Source of the DNA: Lophium mytilinum
Lineage: Eukaryota
Assembly: GCA_010093605.1 (NCBI GenBank)
Contig: MU004199.1
Coordinates: 248,001 to 312,000 of the forward strand
Direction: 5' to 3'
Length of the DNA stretch: 64,000 nt
Shown: positions 24,465-37,321 of the stretch, in pieces
How positions within the stretch are numbered: position 1 is the first letter of the stretch
Layout: each line of letters starts with the position of its first letter
Program-made: the position numbers and the translations under genes
Notes under the pieces: model-generated
Seen by the model: the letters and a program-made list of their open reading frames with translations, nothing else
The model's database searches: none
What the model was told of the DNA's origin: nothing

Positions 24465-27400
24465 CTAATTCTCCCCCGCCCAACCCACCCAACTCTTCCC
24501 CATAACCCTCCAAACCCTACACTCCCCACTCCTCAAATCCCCGAGCTTGAAACTTTCCACCTTCACCTTCTTGCTCTCCCTACCTTGCTCCCACGCCCGC
24601 ACCTTCTTCTTCGTCCCGTCCCAATCCACCACCACCCCCACATGGTCCGGCTTCCCAACCTCACTCGCGTACTTCGCATGCATCGGCCCATGCTTCCCCT
24701 GGAACCTCGCATTGCGGAACGTCACGATATCCCCCGGGCGAATCTCATCGTACTGTAACGTGCTCGCATTCGCCAGGTTCGCGTAGACGACGGCGCCATA
24801 CGCGCGCGTCGCCACTGGTTTGAGCGCCGCGGGGTACGGGCGCAGCAGCTCCAGGACGAGGGCGTGGGGCGTGCCATCGCCAACAGTCGTATTCTGTATC
24901 TTGACGATGTCAGCGGCGATGCGGGCGCCGAAGCGGTCGTGGGCGGCCTCGAGCTGATCCTGGCGGAGACGGGCCGGGGGCGGGTCGTGGCGCTGCTCGA
25001 GGGTAACGTCGGAGACATTCTGGGCGTCGAAGCGCGCGGTGATGATGGTTTGGGAGTAGTCCATGTAGAGCACGAAGACGGCCTTCTCGACGACGGTGCC
25101 AGAGCGCGACTCGTCGATCTCGACGAGGAGGTCTTTGCGGTTTTGGAGGGAGGGCGGTGGCGCGTTTGGCTGCGTCCACCAGTGGCTGGAGGCGCCAAGG
25201 TCGAGGTCGCTTGCAATGAAGCCGTGGTCGCCGGTTGGACGGGATTGGTCCATTGAGGGGCGGCCCTGTTGCATGGATGGTCGAGGTACGTCGAGCGACT
25301 TTCGAGGTATAGGACGATGCGATGGCGCTGGCTCCGCTGGAGGAGGCGGCGGTACAGGGCGATCATGGTGGGGTAATGCCCGTGGTTGATGCGGAGGTGC
25401 TTGTGGTGGAGGCGGTGGGGCCCTATCAGTCGATCTACGCGGAGCCGGAGCTGCGTAGAGTTCATCGTCTGAGGAATCCTCGGCCTGTTGTGGAGACATA
25501 GGGGCTGGTGTCGCTGGAGGAGGAGGTAATCCCGATGGCGGGGGAGGAGGAATGGCCCGCGAAGGCGGTGCATTTGACGGCGGCGCCGTATATCTATACG
25601 GGTCATAATCTTCGTCGTCTTCGGCAAGCGGAACGTCACGCGGTGGTGGAATTGGGGGCGGCGCTGCTCTTGGAGCGTCGAGAGATTTACGACTTGGTGG
25701 ATGTTGCGCGGGAGGTGGCGGTGGGACAGCACGCGGAGCTGCGGAGGGAGGGAGAGGCGGTGGCCCAGGCAGAGTCGGAGACCGAATCGCAGGCGGCGTA
25801 TCATCTGCTGTCGTACTGTCATCTAAACTTGATTCTCTGGCATGTGATTTCAGAGCCTCTTTGTGAGTTGCACCAGACGCAATGTCGGTGTCATAATCAC
25901 CTTCGTACTCCGTCTCGCCTTCACTCCGATCACCACCTGTAGGCCGTCTTACGATACTATCGAATGTCGATTGCCGAGATGGCGGTGCTCCAGGAGGGGG
26001 CGGTGGAGGAGGGCGGGACTGTATAGGTGATGACATAGTCGGGCTAGATAGGGGAATTGGTGGCATTCGGCTAGCTCTCTTCTCGGGTAGTGGTGTGGAA
26101 GACGAATCCTGTGACATCTCGTCTGATGCGAAGTACGAGTTTCGTTTCGAGGGCTGATGATGCGGTGGACCATGAGGAGTCATCACGGACCCTGAAGGAG
26201 TTGCATCACTCCTGGGCATCTCGTCGTCCGACTCAGAACCTGGGCTTGGCGACAGTATTGGGGCGGGCGGAGGAACAGGTCGGGCTGAGAATATTAGCAG
26301 GATTCCATAGATTTAGTTGATATATACGTACACGACGCAGGGACTCCAGGCCTCTCACCAGGCACAGGGGGTGCAGACCGTTCTGTCGCTGAAGTGGGGT
26401 GCGGTACCGGACGTTCTGTTGAAGTCAGCATGCATTCTAATAACTAAATTACCCCGAGACATATCAATAGCTAGTCTTCCCAGGAACCTACTAATCCATA
26501 TCGTCATGATGAGCTCCGAAGATCCACGTGTCTGCGAGTATGACTTCGTGATAGATTTCTCGAGAGTCACAGACTGATAGGATCCGCAGGTTTGGGATTT
26601 ACTGCCAATAGGACGCCGAGAAATTGTTAACTTACGTTGCGGTAGCGGTGGAGGTGCACCTCGATCTCCCGTCTGGGTTCGTTGAAGAGTGGGTTTCACA
26701 TCTTCAACATCTGGGACCTCGCCTGGTGCTCGGACACTAGTGATCGGATGGGAGCCTTCGTCTTCTTTGCCAACAGCGATCTCGGTATCCTCAGAGTCTG
26801 GAGACCTCACGGTGGTCATTCCCGGCAAAGACATTCCGGGCACAGGAATCATCGGCATTCGTGGTGGTGGGCTGTACGCTGGCTGGTCGTCTGCATCATC
26901 CGTAGACTTTCGCGGAGGAGCTGGCGCCTTTTTCTTCTTCGTTGAGCCACCACCAGCCATTGGCATACCCCCAGGAGGCCCGAACATGCCTGCCATGCCC
27001 ATTCCGCCGCTCATCTTTGCCATACGTTCCCGAAGCTCACGCTTGCGCCTATCCTCCGCGTCTTCTTCATCCTCTTCTGCCTCCTCATCCTCGTCAACCG
27101 CACCCTCCTCATCTCCGACTTCAGGCTCCTCTGCCGGTGCAGCCGGGGCCCTGATCGGGATTTGTGGGGCGTGATGTTGCGGCTGCTCGTCTTCATCCTC
27201 GACGCTCGCAGAAGTGGCTCCGGCATCCTCGGTATCACCTGCTCCAGATTGGTCTGCATCGTTAGCATCGCTGAAGAGATCTCGGTTCTGATGCATGATG
27301 TCTGGTGACTTCATACTATGTGATGGCCTCCTGGGTTGGGGAGGACGAGCTGGCTCTCGTGGGATGTCTGATGATCCGCGCTCCACCGGTTCACCACTGT

Positions 27401-28397
27401 GCAGTTTTTCGGGCTCCGCACCTTCGGCCTCAACGGGTACACTCCTCTCGTGCGACTCGGTCCTCTTCTTGGTAGGCGGTCGCTTCGGTTTTTCTTTCTG
27501 TGCAACGCGTTGAGCTTGCTCCATCTGCTGTTTCTGAAGCAATGCAATACGCTCCTTTAAGCTGGTAGGTTTGGGGATATCCTCGCCCCCTTCCGTGGAA
27601 TTTGGGGGAGGGGCGCCTGACAACCCGGCCTTCTCCGCATTCTCTTGATCCTGGGCGATTTCCTTCGCAATTTCAGGGTCCTCTTCTCGACGGTATTGTT
27701 TCATCGGTGGCGGGTCATTGCGAATAGGAGGGACATAGGCATTTCGACTTGGTGGGGGTGCAACGAATGGCTTCTTAATGAAAGAGCTTGGGGGACCTCC
27801 GCCCGGCTTGAAGGGAGCTATTGGAGGAGCAGCGCTTTTATTGAAAGCGGCAATGCGATCCCGGAACGAGCTTGGCTTTTCTGCAACAGGCGGTGGTGGA
27901 GACTTCGTGGAAGCTGGAGCTGCTGGAGCTGGCTTCGGTGCAGGTGGGAGCTTATGTACAACAGCCGGAGACTTTGGACCCGCCTCAAAGGTGGCTGATG
28001 TGGGTGACACTTGAGATTTTGCAGCCGCGGGGATCTCAACGTGCGGTGCTTGTGGTTTTGTAGGGGGCGGTTCCTCGGTTTTCTCTTCCACCTCAACTGG
28101 CGCAGCCTCCCGAGTGGCCTCTGGAGGCGGAGGCTGCGCATGTGCTGCCGGGGCCTCTAGCGGCTTGTACCGTGAAGCTCTATTGGGTCGTGGAGGAGGC
28201 TCCGGCTCGTATTTTTCCACGAAGTTTTTAGGGAACAAGCCCTCTTGTTTCGCTCCAGCGCCATCAGTGTATTCGCCAATGTACCAATCCTCGTCTTCCT
28301 TCTCTGTGACGGTGATTATCTGACCCTGAGGGAAGCTTAGGTCGTCCTCGTGCGGGGAGGCGTAATCATAGACGGCCTTGACCTTGAAATGCTGCAT
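24465..28397 (-). CDS. BBC1: SH3-domain, proline-rich actin-patch protein, BBC1/MTI1-like (3 exons: 28397-26636, 26415-26332, 26284-24465)
   Basis: N-terminal SH3 (VKAVYDY...DDLSF...EDWY...GLFPKNFV), SLKERIALL motif, long polyproline tracts and a conserved C-terminal domain (DEIRPGDIVTF...DHVGVVVDWDGTKKKVRAWEQGRE). Introns GTAAGT..GCTGAC..CAG and GTACGT..GCTAAT..CAG join the frames. Confidence 0.85.
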
Positions 28398-28854
28398 AGC
28401 GGCGAGGGGGCAGGAGGGAAGGGGCTAGGAAGACAGAAAAGCTCGGCCTGTGTCCCTAGCCACGAGAGCAGAGGGCTTCTAGAGGTGTGGCCGGTGCCTC
28501 GGTGGTGAATGAAACAGTACAGAGCGGGAAGTAGGTGGATTACGTAGGATCTGGAGGCTCGCGGTTGCGTCAGTCGGCGTCGCGGGCAGGGCGGCAATGA
28601 GAGAGGCGCACAGTACCTATGGCAAACAATCGCTATGCAAGCTATAACATGAGAGGAGCAGACGTGGCGGGCGGATGGGGGGAGGTCGGAGAAAGGTCCT
28701 CGTCATCAACGCTTGGGCGAAACAACGACTTGGAGTTAGCGGGGTGGGAGAGTTAGGAAACGAGCCGCCTCGTCGTGGAAACCTCCGTCGCGCCCCTCAC
28801 CCGCTCTCTCCACCATCACGGCACCTCACACTCGCTCGCTCACTTGTTGCTGCC

Positions 28855-29745
28855 ATGGGCCCGAAGTCGATCTTGAAGAGTCCTGCGGTGCCGTCCGACG
28901 CGGTGGACGCGCGCAAGCCGCCGGTGAACGAGCAGCATCTGCAGGTGGCGCTCCAGCATGCAAATATCATCCAGGACCAGAAAAATGTCGAGCAAGAGAT
29001 ACTAAATGCTACCCTAGAGCTTCTCGAGTTCCCGCCCGACTCAAAAGCAGATCCCGCGCGTCCCAGTCCCAGCGATGCCCATAAATTCAAGACGCTCGTC
29101 ATGCCCTTTCAGCCCAACGACTACGATGCACTAATCGAAGAGCGAAACTGCGCCGACCTCTGCGGCTACGCTCTATGTCCTCGCCCCCGAAAGAAAGTGC
29201 CCTCTGCTAGCAAGCTGCATTTCGTCGATTCCAGAGACCGCGGCGTACAGATCGTGCCGAAGAAAGTGCTGGAGGTCTGGTGCTCAGACGACTGTGCGCG
29301 GCGGGCTCTATACGTCAAGGTCCAGCTCAACGAAGAACCAGCGTGGATGCGGCGGACTGGCGGTGGGCATGAGATTGAAGTTCTGGTAGAGAACGCAGAG
29401 ACCCTGGAGTTCGCTCTTCCCCTTCGGCTGAAGTCAAAGAAGGAAGTCCAACAAGGCGAGCTCAAGGATGGGGATGGGGAGGACATTGCAGCAGCCTGGG
29501 CTTTGGCAGATGAAGCGCTGGCAGAGCTTTCTCAGGAGCGCGGGGATAAGGATAGCAACATCAGGACGGAACTCATCAAAGCCAAGATCGAGGAGAGGAC
29601 GAATTTCAAGACACCATCCGCACCCTCCGCTGAGACAACCGCCAGCTCCGCTCATATGGCAATAGAAGGGCACATTCCCAGAACCGATGCTAAGAAGACC
29701 AAAGACGTAGATGACGATGATGATGAAAACGACTGGGATGACTAA
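28855..29745 (+). CDS. RTR1: RTR1/RPAP2-family RNA polymerase II CTD phosphatase-like protein
   Basis: YDALIEERN..LCGYALC...WCSDDC zinc-binding signature. Likely start is GCCATGG at 28855 (MGPKSILK). Confidence 0.8.
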   Translation: MGPKSILKSPAVPSDAVDARKPPVNEQHLQVALQHANIIQDQKNVEQEILNATLELLEFPPDSKADPARPSPSDAHKFKTLVMPFQPNDYDALIEERNCADLCGYALCPRPRKKVPSASKLHFVDSRDRGVQIVPKKVLEVWCSDDCARRALYVKVQLNEEPAWMRRTGGGHEIEVLVENAETLEFALPLRLKSKKEVQQGELKDGDGEDIAAAWALADEALAELSQERGDKDSNIRTELIKAKIEERTNFKTPSAPSAETTASSAHMAIEGHIPRTDAKKTKDVDDDDDENDWDD

Positions 29746-30297
29746 ATTATCATCCCTAGGTCGCGTCATCAACCATCCTTCATCGAGCAGCATCGGAACC
29801 AGGCCGCATTCACCAACAGTATCCTGTACTGAGCGTGGCAAGAGACAAAGAACGTCTCGATAGGTCCTCTTCTGGCAGGTCTCACGATCATCTCGATGCA
29901 TCATACTGGCCCGGCATATGAGCATTCACAAAAGCGGGTGAAGAAGCTGATGGGTAGTTACTCGATTCATTTTCCGTCTCTAGCATGGTTGAATGGGTAA
30001 GGCGAAATAGGTCATTTTCTAGGAAGGCACGGATGAAGGTAAATGGCGTTCTGAGAAATACCTTTTGTATCAATAAAACATTTTGCAATACCACACAAAC
30101 TCTTGTGGCTTCTCAAGCCTTCTACTCTCCCGTAGAATTTGGGCAAGCAGTTTGATATCACGTGCTGATGCCAAGCTGGATCGGCGAAATTTGTCGCCGC
30201 GCGATCGCGAATCTTCAACGAACGACAACGACCTCGCCCGACATCATCGTCACTCCGGCTGCTGACGCGGCGGCTGTCGTGAACCTCAATTTTCATC

Positions 30298-31626
30298 ATG
30301 TCAATTCGAATGCGGCGGCAGCTCTCGCCGACCGCGCAACTCCTCCGGAATTCACGACTCTTCGCCATTCCCAATGCTCTCCCTGCACCAAACATGGACA
30401 TCGCCGTCGCCGGCACGCTGAAGTCCTCAAAAACCGCCACAATTCCATATCCTACCCGTCAAGCCATCGCCACTCCTGCTTCTTCGCTCGGCCGAGGCGA
30501 TTGGGGATTGAAAAGGCCCCTACCGCTCAAATCGACAACACGAACCTCCCGGCCCGCCTTACGCCTTTTAAGCAACGACACCATCGAGCACATAACCGAT
30601 TTCGACTCGGCGCAAGATCATGTTCAGACACTGCAGAAATGGACAGAGATGGGCATAGCGATGTCATACGGTGGAAAGAGAGAGAGAGATCCTTCAAAAG
30701 CGGACAACAGGCAGACGAGCGCGTTTGAGCGGTCGGTCGACTCCACAGACCCAGACGACGAACATATGGTGAAGAGATGGAAACACAAAGGCCCCTGGCT
30801 CGCCTCCCTCGACGCGAAAAAGTTCAAAGATTACATCACCCGCAAGCTCTCAAAACGCAAAGGCGAGTTCCGCGCCTACCTGGCCGAGTACATCCGCCTG
30901 AAAGTGGTCAAAGCCCGGCGCGACGACGCGCAGCGCAACGGCGGGGACGCCTCCCTCATCTCCGAGGAGGTCTCCGCCGACGACCTCAAGATTCACTACC
31001 GCCTCTTCCGGCAAGAGCTGCAGGAAGTCGCCGTGACGTCCGAGCTCGTGCAGCGCATCGTTATCCCGTTCCTCGATCTGCCCCCGATCCAGGTTGAGCC
31101 ATACCAGTTCGTCGACGGGCCTCAGATGGACCAATACACCGTCGCCTATAACACCACGCCGATGACTACCCACCCCTCGGCCGGCCTCTCCTACCTCCGC
31201 TCGAACGCCTACATGTACAACCACCCCCTGCTTGGCCCGCAGCAGTACAAGCAGCCCACACCGGCCCGCGTACTCATCCCCGCGAAGACAAGCACTGGTG
31301 GCCGTGGCCGCGCGATTCTAGGTGTGGCGGGTATTGCAGCCGATGACTCGGAGAGCGACTATATTAAGGGAACTAACAACTTCTCCTCGAACAGCGGCGT
31401 CGCGTTCTTGGATACGGAGACGGAGGGCGGGAAGAAGGTTTGGGTGAGTTCGAGTGGCGCGAACATCACGCCGGATGCGCGGATTATGCTGCATCTTGCG
31501 AGGGCGCCGAGGGAGGCTGTGGAGGTTGGGCAGGGGCGGCTTGAGGAGGCGCCACCGTCAGGCGTGAAGAAGGCGCCGGTTGCAGTGCCGTTTGGGAACG
31601 CGAGGTTAGATGAGCCGTTGGTGTAG
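30298..31626 (+). CDS. MRP51: Mitochondrial small-subunit ribosomal protein MRP51 (bS1m)
   Basis: Basic presequence, LLRNSRLF, RGDWGLKRPLP and HPSAGLSYLR motifs typical of fungal MRP51. Confidence 0.85.
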   Translation: MSIRMRRQLSPTAQLLRNSRLFAIPNALPAPNMDIAVAGTLKSSKTATIPYPTRQAIATPASSLGRGDWGLKRPLPLKSTTRTSRPALRLLSNDTIEHITDFDSAQDHVQTLQKWTEMGIAMSYGGKRERDPSKADNRQTSAFERSVDSTDPDDEHMVKRWKHKGPWLASLDAKKFKDYITRKLSKRKGEFRAYLAEYIRLKVVKARRDDAQRNGGDASLISEEVSADDLKIHYRLFRQELQEVAVTSELVQRIVIPFLDLPPIQVEPYQFVDGPQMDQYTVAYNTTPMTTHPSAGLSYLRSNAYMYNHPLLGPQQYKQPTPARVLIPAKTSTGGRGRAILGVAGIAADDSESDYIKGTNNFSSNSGVAFLDTETEGGKKVWVSSSGANITPDARIMLHLARAPREAVEVGQGRLEEAPPSGVKKAPVAVPFGNARLDEPLV

Positions 31627-31793
31627 GTTGAAAGCAGAAAATATATTTTCGGGAAACAGGGGAAAAGGGTGTATATTTGCATGTAGCATACGCATAGGTG
31701 AGATGTACAATGTCAAACTTCGGCATTTTCATAAATTCAAGACCTATGTCACAATATCTTGAGTACGAAGAGGAAGTAGGCTGAAAACAGGTA

Positions 31794-32021
31794 ACGTAGG
31801 TGATGGGGTTAGTACGGTGGAGGTAGTTTTTACGGTTTTTAGCGTCAAATGCGGGCCGATGCCTCCGGGTCTAGGATACGAGACATGTTAGCGAATTGTT
31901 TGCGCGATCATGATGTGTAATACCACTGCCATACAAATTCTAGGCCCGGAGGCATCAGCCCGCAATCCGGCGCTAAAAACTGTAATATCTACCTCCACCG
32001 TAATAACCCCATCACTTACGT
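31794..32021. mobile_element. 228-bp MITE of Tc1/mariner-pogo (Fot1-like) type
   Basis: ~83-bp imperfect TIRs (ACGTAGGTGATGGGGTTAGTACGGTGGAGGTAG... / ...CTACCTCCACCGTAATAACCCCATCACTTACGT), flanked by TA at 31792-93 and 32022-23. Confidence 0.85.
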
Positions 32022-33217
32022 TATATCATACCCCTTTTTAATTTGATACTAAGACTGTAAGTTGGCCCTCTATATCCATATTAGAAACTCACGCAGCTGA
32101 CTGCAGGTTTCATCCATAGCCGTCTCCAAGACACGTAGTTTGAGGAAACAGCATATCAGCATTTCTTACTCCAGAACGCATATATGCTTCCAGTTCTCGC
32201 CCTTACTTCATACATCCCCATTTCCATCCACATCCCCTCCGGAATCTACCGCAATGCTACGGACAGTATCACACGTTAGCACTAGAAAGCAGATGCTAGT
32301 TCGGACGGCACACGCTTCTGTGAAATAGTCAGTGGCACCTCGAATTAACCTCATCCTCATCGTTTCAGAGCCTTAAGTCACATCAGACCTTCCGTTCTAG
32401 GCTCTCGTTCGTGCGCTCTTTACCACTGTCTGCAGCCCTTCACCATATCCTTCCTTCACCGTATATGATAGAGGCTTTACATGCACCTAGCTTGCGTGAA
32501 GATAGATAGGGCGCTCGAATGGGGTATGGAGAGTTGGGAATGGTGTGAGGTACTTCGTATCATCGCTGATCAGCGAGATGGCGTGTTCAAGAACGCCTGG
32601 TTCACATGGATATTGAGAATTTCTTCTATCTCAGGTGGCTGTATGATCGAGCTATCACAAAGTGGTTCTTCAATTCCGCGAAGAGAAGTATTCCTCGCCC
32701 TAGGACCGTTTGAGGGCTCTGGCTCTGATGCTTACAGGTATTTGATAATTGAAGGAGGACCCCAATAGGTTCTGAAAACTCGGAAGATACTGTGAAACAT
32801 CTCATACTATGATTCACGTACGTGTCAAGCGTTGCCATCTGTACAGGTTTGCCAGCGTAAGGAGCACCTTAGGGGGATGCAGATATCGGGACGGCATGAT
32901 CCCCCTAGAAGTGCGCGAAGGGCTATTGATATAAGGGTTCTTGGATGTAAGACGGGCGTCTGGTGTGGAAGAGCGTCCACGCAGAACTCGATGAGCACAG
33001 CCCAGCTAGCAGTAAGAATTGAGGAAAGCAGTTTCCAAATTGCAGAAATAGCTAACGTCTCAACATCGCTCTCGTTTCCATTCATCTCATTTTCATCGAA
33101 CATTCCTCCAACGCTACTCATCACAATCCCTACCCTACAAAGCACCCCAGAATCTCTATACTCTCAACCAGCCCTCTCACCACCGACCCCAGCCGCCAAT
33201 CCCAGTCCTTCTTCCGC

Positions 33218-34920
33218 TCACACCCAATACCTAAACCGCACATCCTTCGCTCCACCAATCAACTCGCACTGCGGCGTGTCGCCCGGCTTCAGCGGCGTCT
33301 CCAAGCCCATCTCGCGATCGCGCCGGCGATTCTCCCGCCGCATCCACAGCCCCAGCGCCAGCGTGATGATAATCGCCAGGCCCTGGAACGAGCCCGTGCC
33401 CGCGAGCGCCTGCGTGTACTTAGGGGCCCACTCCTCGCGGAACAGCTGCGCGGAGATGATCGAGCCGATAGAGGAAAACCCGACCATGACGCCCGTGATC
33501 ATAGCTATAACAGCGTTAGCCTTTCCGTTCCTCGTATAGTAGAGGACAGGGGGAGAAGAGTGAATGAGGGAAAAAGGGGGATGTCTTACCCCGCGAATTC
33601 TCATCGGTCTTGATGTTGTTATGCCACGAATGCACTAAACAACTCGGAATATACGTCCCCATACTCAGAAAAAAGGTCCCTGCGTAACTCGCGCCCCGGT
33701 CTTTCAACGGATCCATCCCAGCCAGCATGAGGTACCCAACCATCGTAAACGTCAGCCCGATGCACAGATGCGTCGTGCGCTCGTGGAACCAATCACTCGA
33801 GTACGTCAGCAGCAGCGTAAATACGCACCCGACCAGGTTCGGCGCGACGGTGTACAAATTCGTTTTAATAACGCTGTACTTGAGCCGGCCGACGATCTGC
33901 GGGAGGAAAGTGCCGGTGGATTTGGTCGCGACGCCGTAGCTGATGCAGAGCAGCATGAAGGGCCACATGATGTGGTCGGTGAGGGCGCGCAGGCCGGTCG
34001 AGAGCGAGTACTGGCTGTTGACGACGGCGGTGGAGTCGACCATGAGGCGCGTGCGCGCGGCCTGCTTCTCGTCCGCCGTGAGCCACTTGCAGTCCGAGGG
34101 CGAGTTTGGGATCAGCCAGAAGGAGATGCTGCCCCAGACGAGCGTCATGGCGCCTTCGATCAAGAACAGGATTTTCCACCCCTTGATGTCGCCGTTGATC
34201 TGGAACACGCCGTACGAGATCAGCCCCGTGAAGGCGCCGGCGATGGTGGCTGTGCCGTAGAAGACGGCGGTGCGGAAGGCCAGCTCGTCGCGCTTGTAGA
34301 ATAGCGTCAGGTAGAAGATGCAGCCGCTGAAGAAGCCGGATTGGAAGCAGGAGATTAGCAGACGGCAGGTTAGGATGCCGGCGTAGTTGGTGACGGTGGA
34401 TTGGCACATCGAGACGATGCCCCAGCCGAAGAGGAGGCAGGGGATTACGCGGCGCCCGCCGTAGCGTTTCACCATCATAGTTTGGACGGGTTCGAGGAGC
34501 ACGAAGGGGACATTGATTAGGGTCATCATGGTGCTGTATTGCTCGCCGTGCAGGTGGAGGTCTTTGTCCATGCCGTCGGTCTGGGGAATATGTGAGTTTA
34601 ACGTATGAGGTTGCTGGGCCTGGGACACACCTTTGCGTTTCCGATATTGCCACCGGTTGTGTAGCGACAGAAGTACCTGAAAGAGTCAGTTGGTTCTGTG
34701 TATGAATCTAATCCAGAACGACTCACATGATGGCTAAAACAGGAAGCAGATACATGTCCAACTTCCGCACATACGACTTCTCCGCAACAGGGTCGATGAA
34801 AAGCGTCTCCGAGACTTGTCCAGACTTGTCGGTCGCACTGTCGTTGTCCGTAGCCGCCCTCCTCACATCGATAGACACCTTCTTCTCGTCACCCAACTCG
34901 GCATCGTGGGCTCTCTCCAT
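33218..34920 (-). CDS. MFS transporter of the anion:cation symporter / Dal5-Tna1 (allantoate/nicotinate permease) group, 4 exons
   Basis: IDPVAEKSYVRKLD, NIGNAK, LTLFYKRDELAFR, GAFTGLISYG, GWKILFLIEG, ENRRRD and FRY motifs. Three canonical GT-AG introns restore the frame. Confidence 0.9.
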
Positions 34921-37321
34921 GGTAGCTGTTGGTGACTGACTGAAATAGAAAGTAAGGAAAAGTCGTACGAAGATGTTTCGGTAATGCAGAAGTTCCTGTT
35001 CGACAATTCCAGAGAGTCGAAGACTTGGCCTCTTTTATGCACCCATCCCTCTTCAGCCGTATCCCTCCCTCACATCCCTCACCGTGTTGTTAGCAATGGT
35101 GGGGGCGGCTGATATGCACGAGATAATTCCCAGTGTTCCTGCATGCCAATCGACATGGGTTATCGTATCCGATTGTGTGGGCTGGCGTGCGGAGATCTGG
35201 TCTGGTATCTGTATCTGGGCGTTATCGGCACGTGCTGATCTGATAGAAGAGCTTAACGGATGATTCGAGCCCAGACTTTTGTTTGTAGAGCTAGCCTGGG
35301 AGTAGGATGGTGTCATGTCAGTTCCCCGGGACTGTCTAGCACGGAGAGTGTGGAGGGAGGGGGTGGTGCACGAGTCGTGAGGAGCTACCCATGTGATTGC
35401 TCCGAGAGGAAGGGTGAGGCTCTGAAGGTTCGGTCTTTTGGGACGAAGGCCTGGATTGCATATGGCTTTCATAGTGACCATCGAGCTCGTAGACAATTTC
35501 CTCATTTTAGGGTTAGAAGAGATGCTAAATGCGAGAAGAGGGAGGGGAGGTGGTATGATATTATACACGGACTAACTCCAATAATGACAGCAGCGCAACA
35601 CTTTTGTGGACCTTCGACCACGCAACACAGGATGCATAACCTGAAATAGTCATTGTATGTCCTACTAAAACACATCTATACCTGACCTCAACTACAGAGA
35701 AGTCGTAAAGGGTACAACATGGGAAACTCCATGATGATGGGGACTCGGTTTACTAAGCGAGCGTACCATTCATGCACTAGCCAAAGTCAATGGGGTCTTC
35801 GTTGGCAGACGATTCGTTACTCCTTATTTCCACCAATCCTTTTGTGTTGGTTATCGTGTGGCGCTCTGCCAAGGCCCTTTTGCATGGAGACGGCTTTCAA
35901 TCCCCGACGTGAGATGTAGAATTTAGGTTATCTTAGCCAAGCTTGGGGAACGCTAGTCATAGCTAGGCTGTGAGCTAGGGTATAGATTATGCGCTTACTG
36001 GAAAGGGGAGTCGTGAAGCTCAGTTATGAATCTTGAAATAGTAGCGACTCCATTAAAGCAGTTCATGGTTGTTTTGGACGGCGAGATATTTCGGGCAGCG
36101 GTTTTGGAAGGCACCGTGATTGAAGACGGCTCGGTCCTTGCACTTGAAGTCATTGCTACAGACTGTTCTTCAGACAAGTAGGGTACGTACGGAATAGTAG
36201 TCTACTCCGTGTCGCTAGCGAAGACTGCAGCCACCCTGCCTTCACAAGGGTCCCGAGTCAGCATACAGGAAGGGCTAGCCCCTCCAAGTCAGACTTGATG
36301 GCTGCCAAGTTGGCTGACATTGGTCCGATGGATATCATTTTGCGCCAAGTCTCTGGCCTTGGGAAAATCATGTCCGGACAGGAAGCAAGTAGCCCTCTTC
36401 TCTCTCCACCTATTGTTGAGCTCCCCACCTTTGCTCTCACGGATTCTAGCCTCGAGCTGGATGCTTTCCGCAAAGTCCCTACTGCAGTCCTATCAGATCC
36501 CCGCTGCAGCTGAACCGGAGGTAGGTCGCAGAGAAGCAGGCGCCACTCTCCTTTAACCCGTGAGTACCATTACACCCCACGCTAGGCAGAAAAAAAGTGG
36601 CACACTCAAGCAATCCAGCACCGTCTGAGGTGGCTTGGAGAGTTATCAGGCTTCCCAAAGCTGGTATTTCATAAGTAGTAACAGCATGCTGGAGGACCTC
36701 TAACGGTACTAAACAAGCATAGAAGTATTAGAAATATCTCACAGATTTGTAGACTTAATATCTACTACTAGTTACCCACCACGCTCTCTTACGGCTATTC
36801 TACCTAGTAGTTACAGTAGGCGCTCCGGTCTGCCACTGCTTGGAGTGCCTTAACATGTTTCCTCATAGCCCAAAGTTAAGAGTTTCTAATTTTAAAACTT
36901 GCATTGAAGCACTCCAAGCAGTGGCAGACATGTGTAGAATACACCCGACCGCACACGACAGAGTGCTTGCTGAGTGTGCCACTTTTTTCATGCCCAGCGA
37001 GCACCCCACCTTTGTTTGCGATCCATCTTTAATCTGAGAGTAATTATTCAGCACTATTCTCCTGCTTAAAGGTCCAAGGGTGGGTTTGTACAGCCAAGTC
37101 CGTCGATTGGACAGCCATCTTGCGCTTCGAGAGTGGGGATTTCACGTTCGCCTTCCAAGCTCTGGTGTTGGGTAAGCACCTCCTCTGTAGATGGGGACAT
37201 TGTAGTGACTTAAGAACGAAAAACAAGAAGTTGGTGTTGACGTACTCTAAATTTGACGTCTAACAGAACTATCCCTTGCTCGTTTTCAAGACCTTGATCT
37301 AACAACAACAATATCAACACA

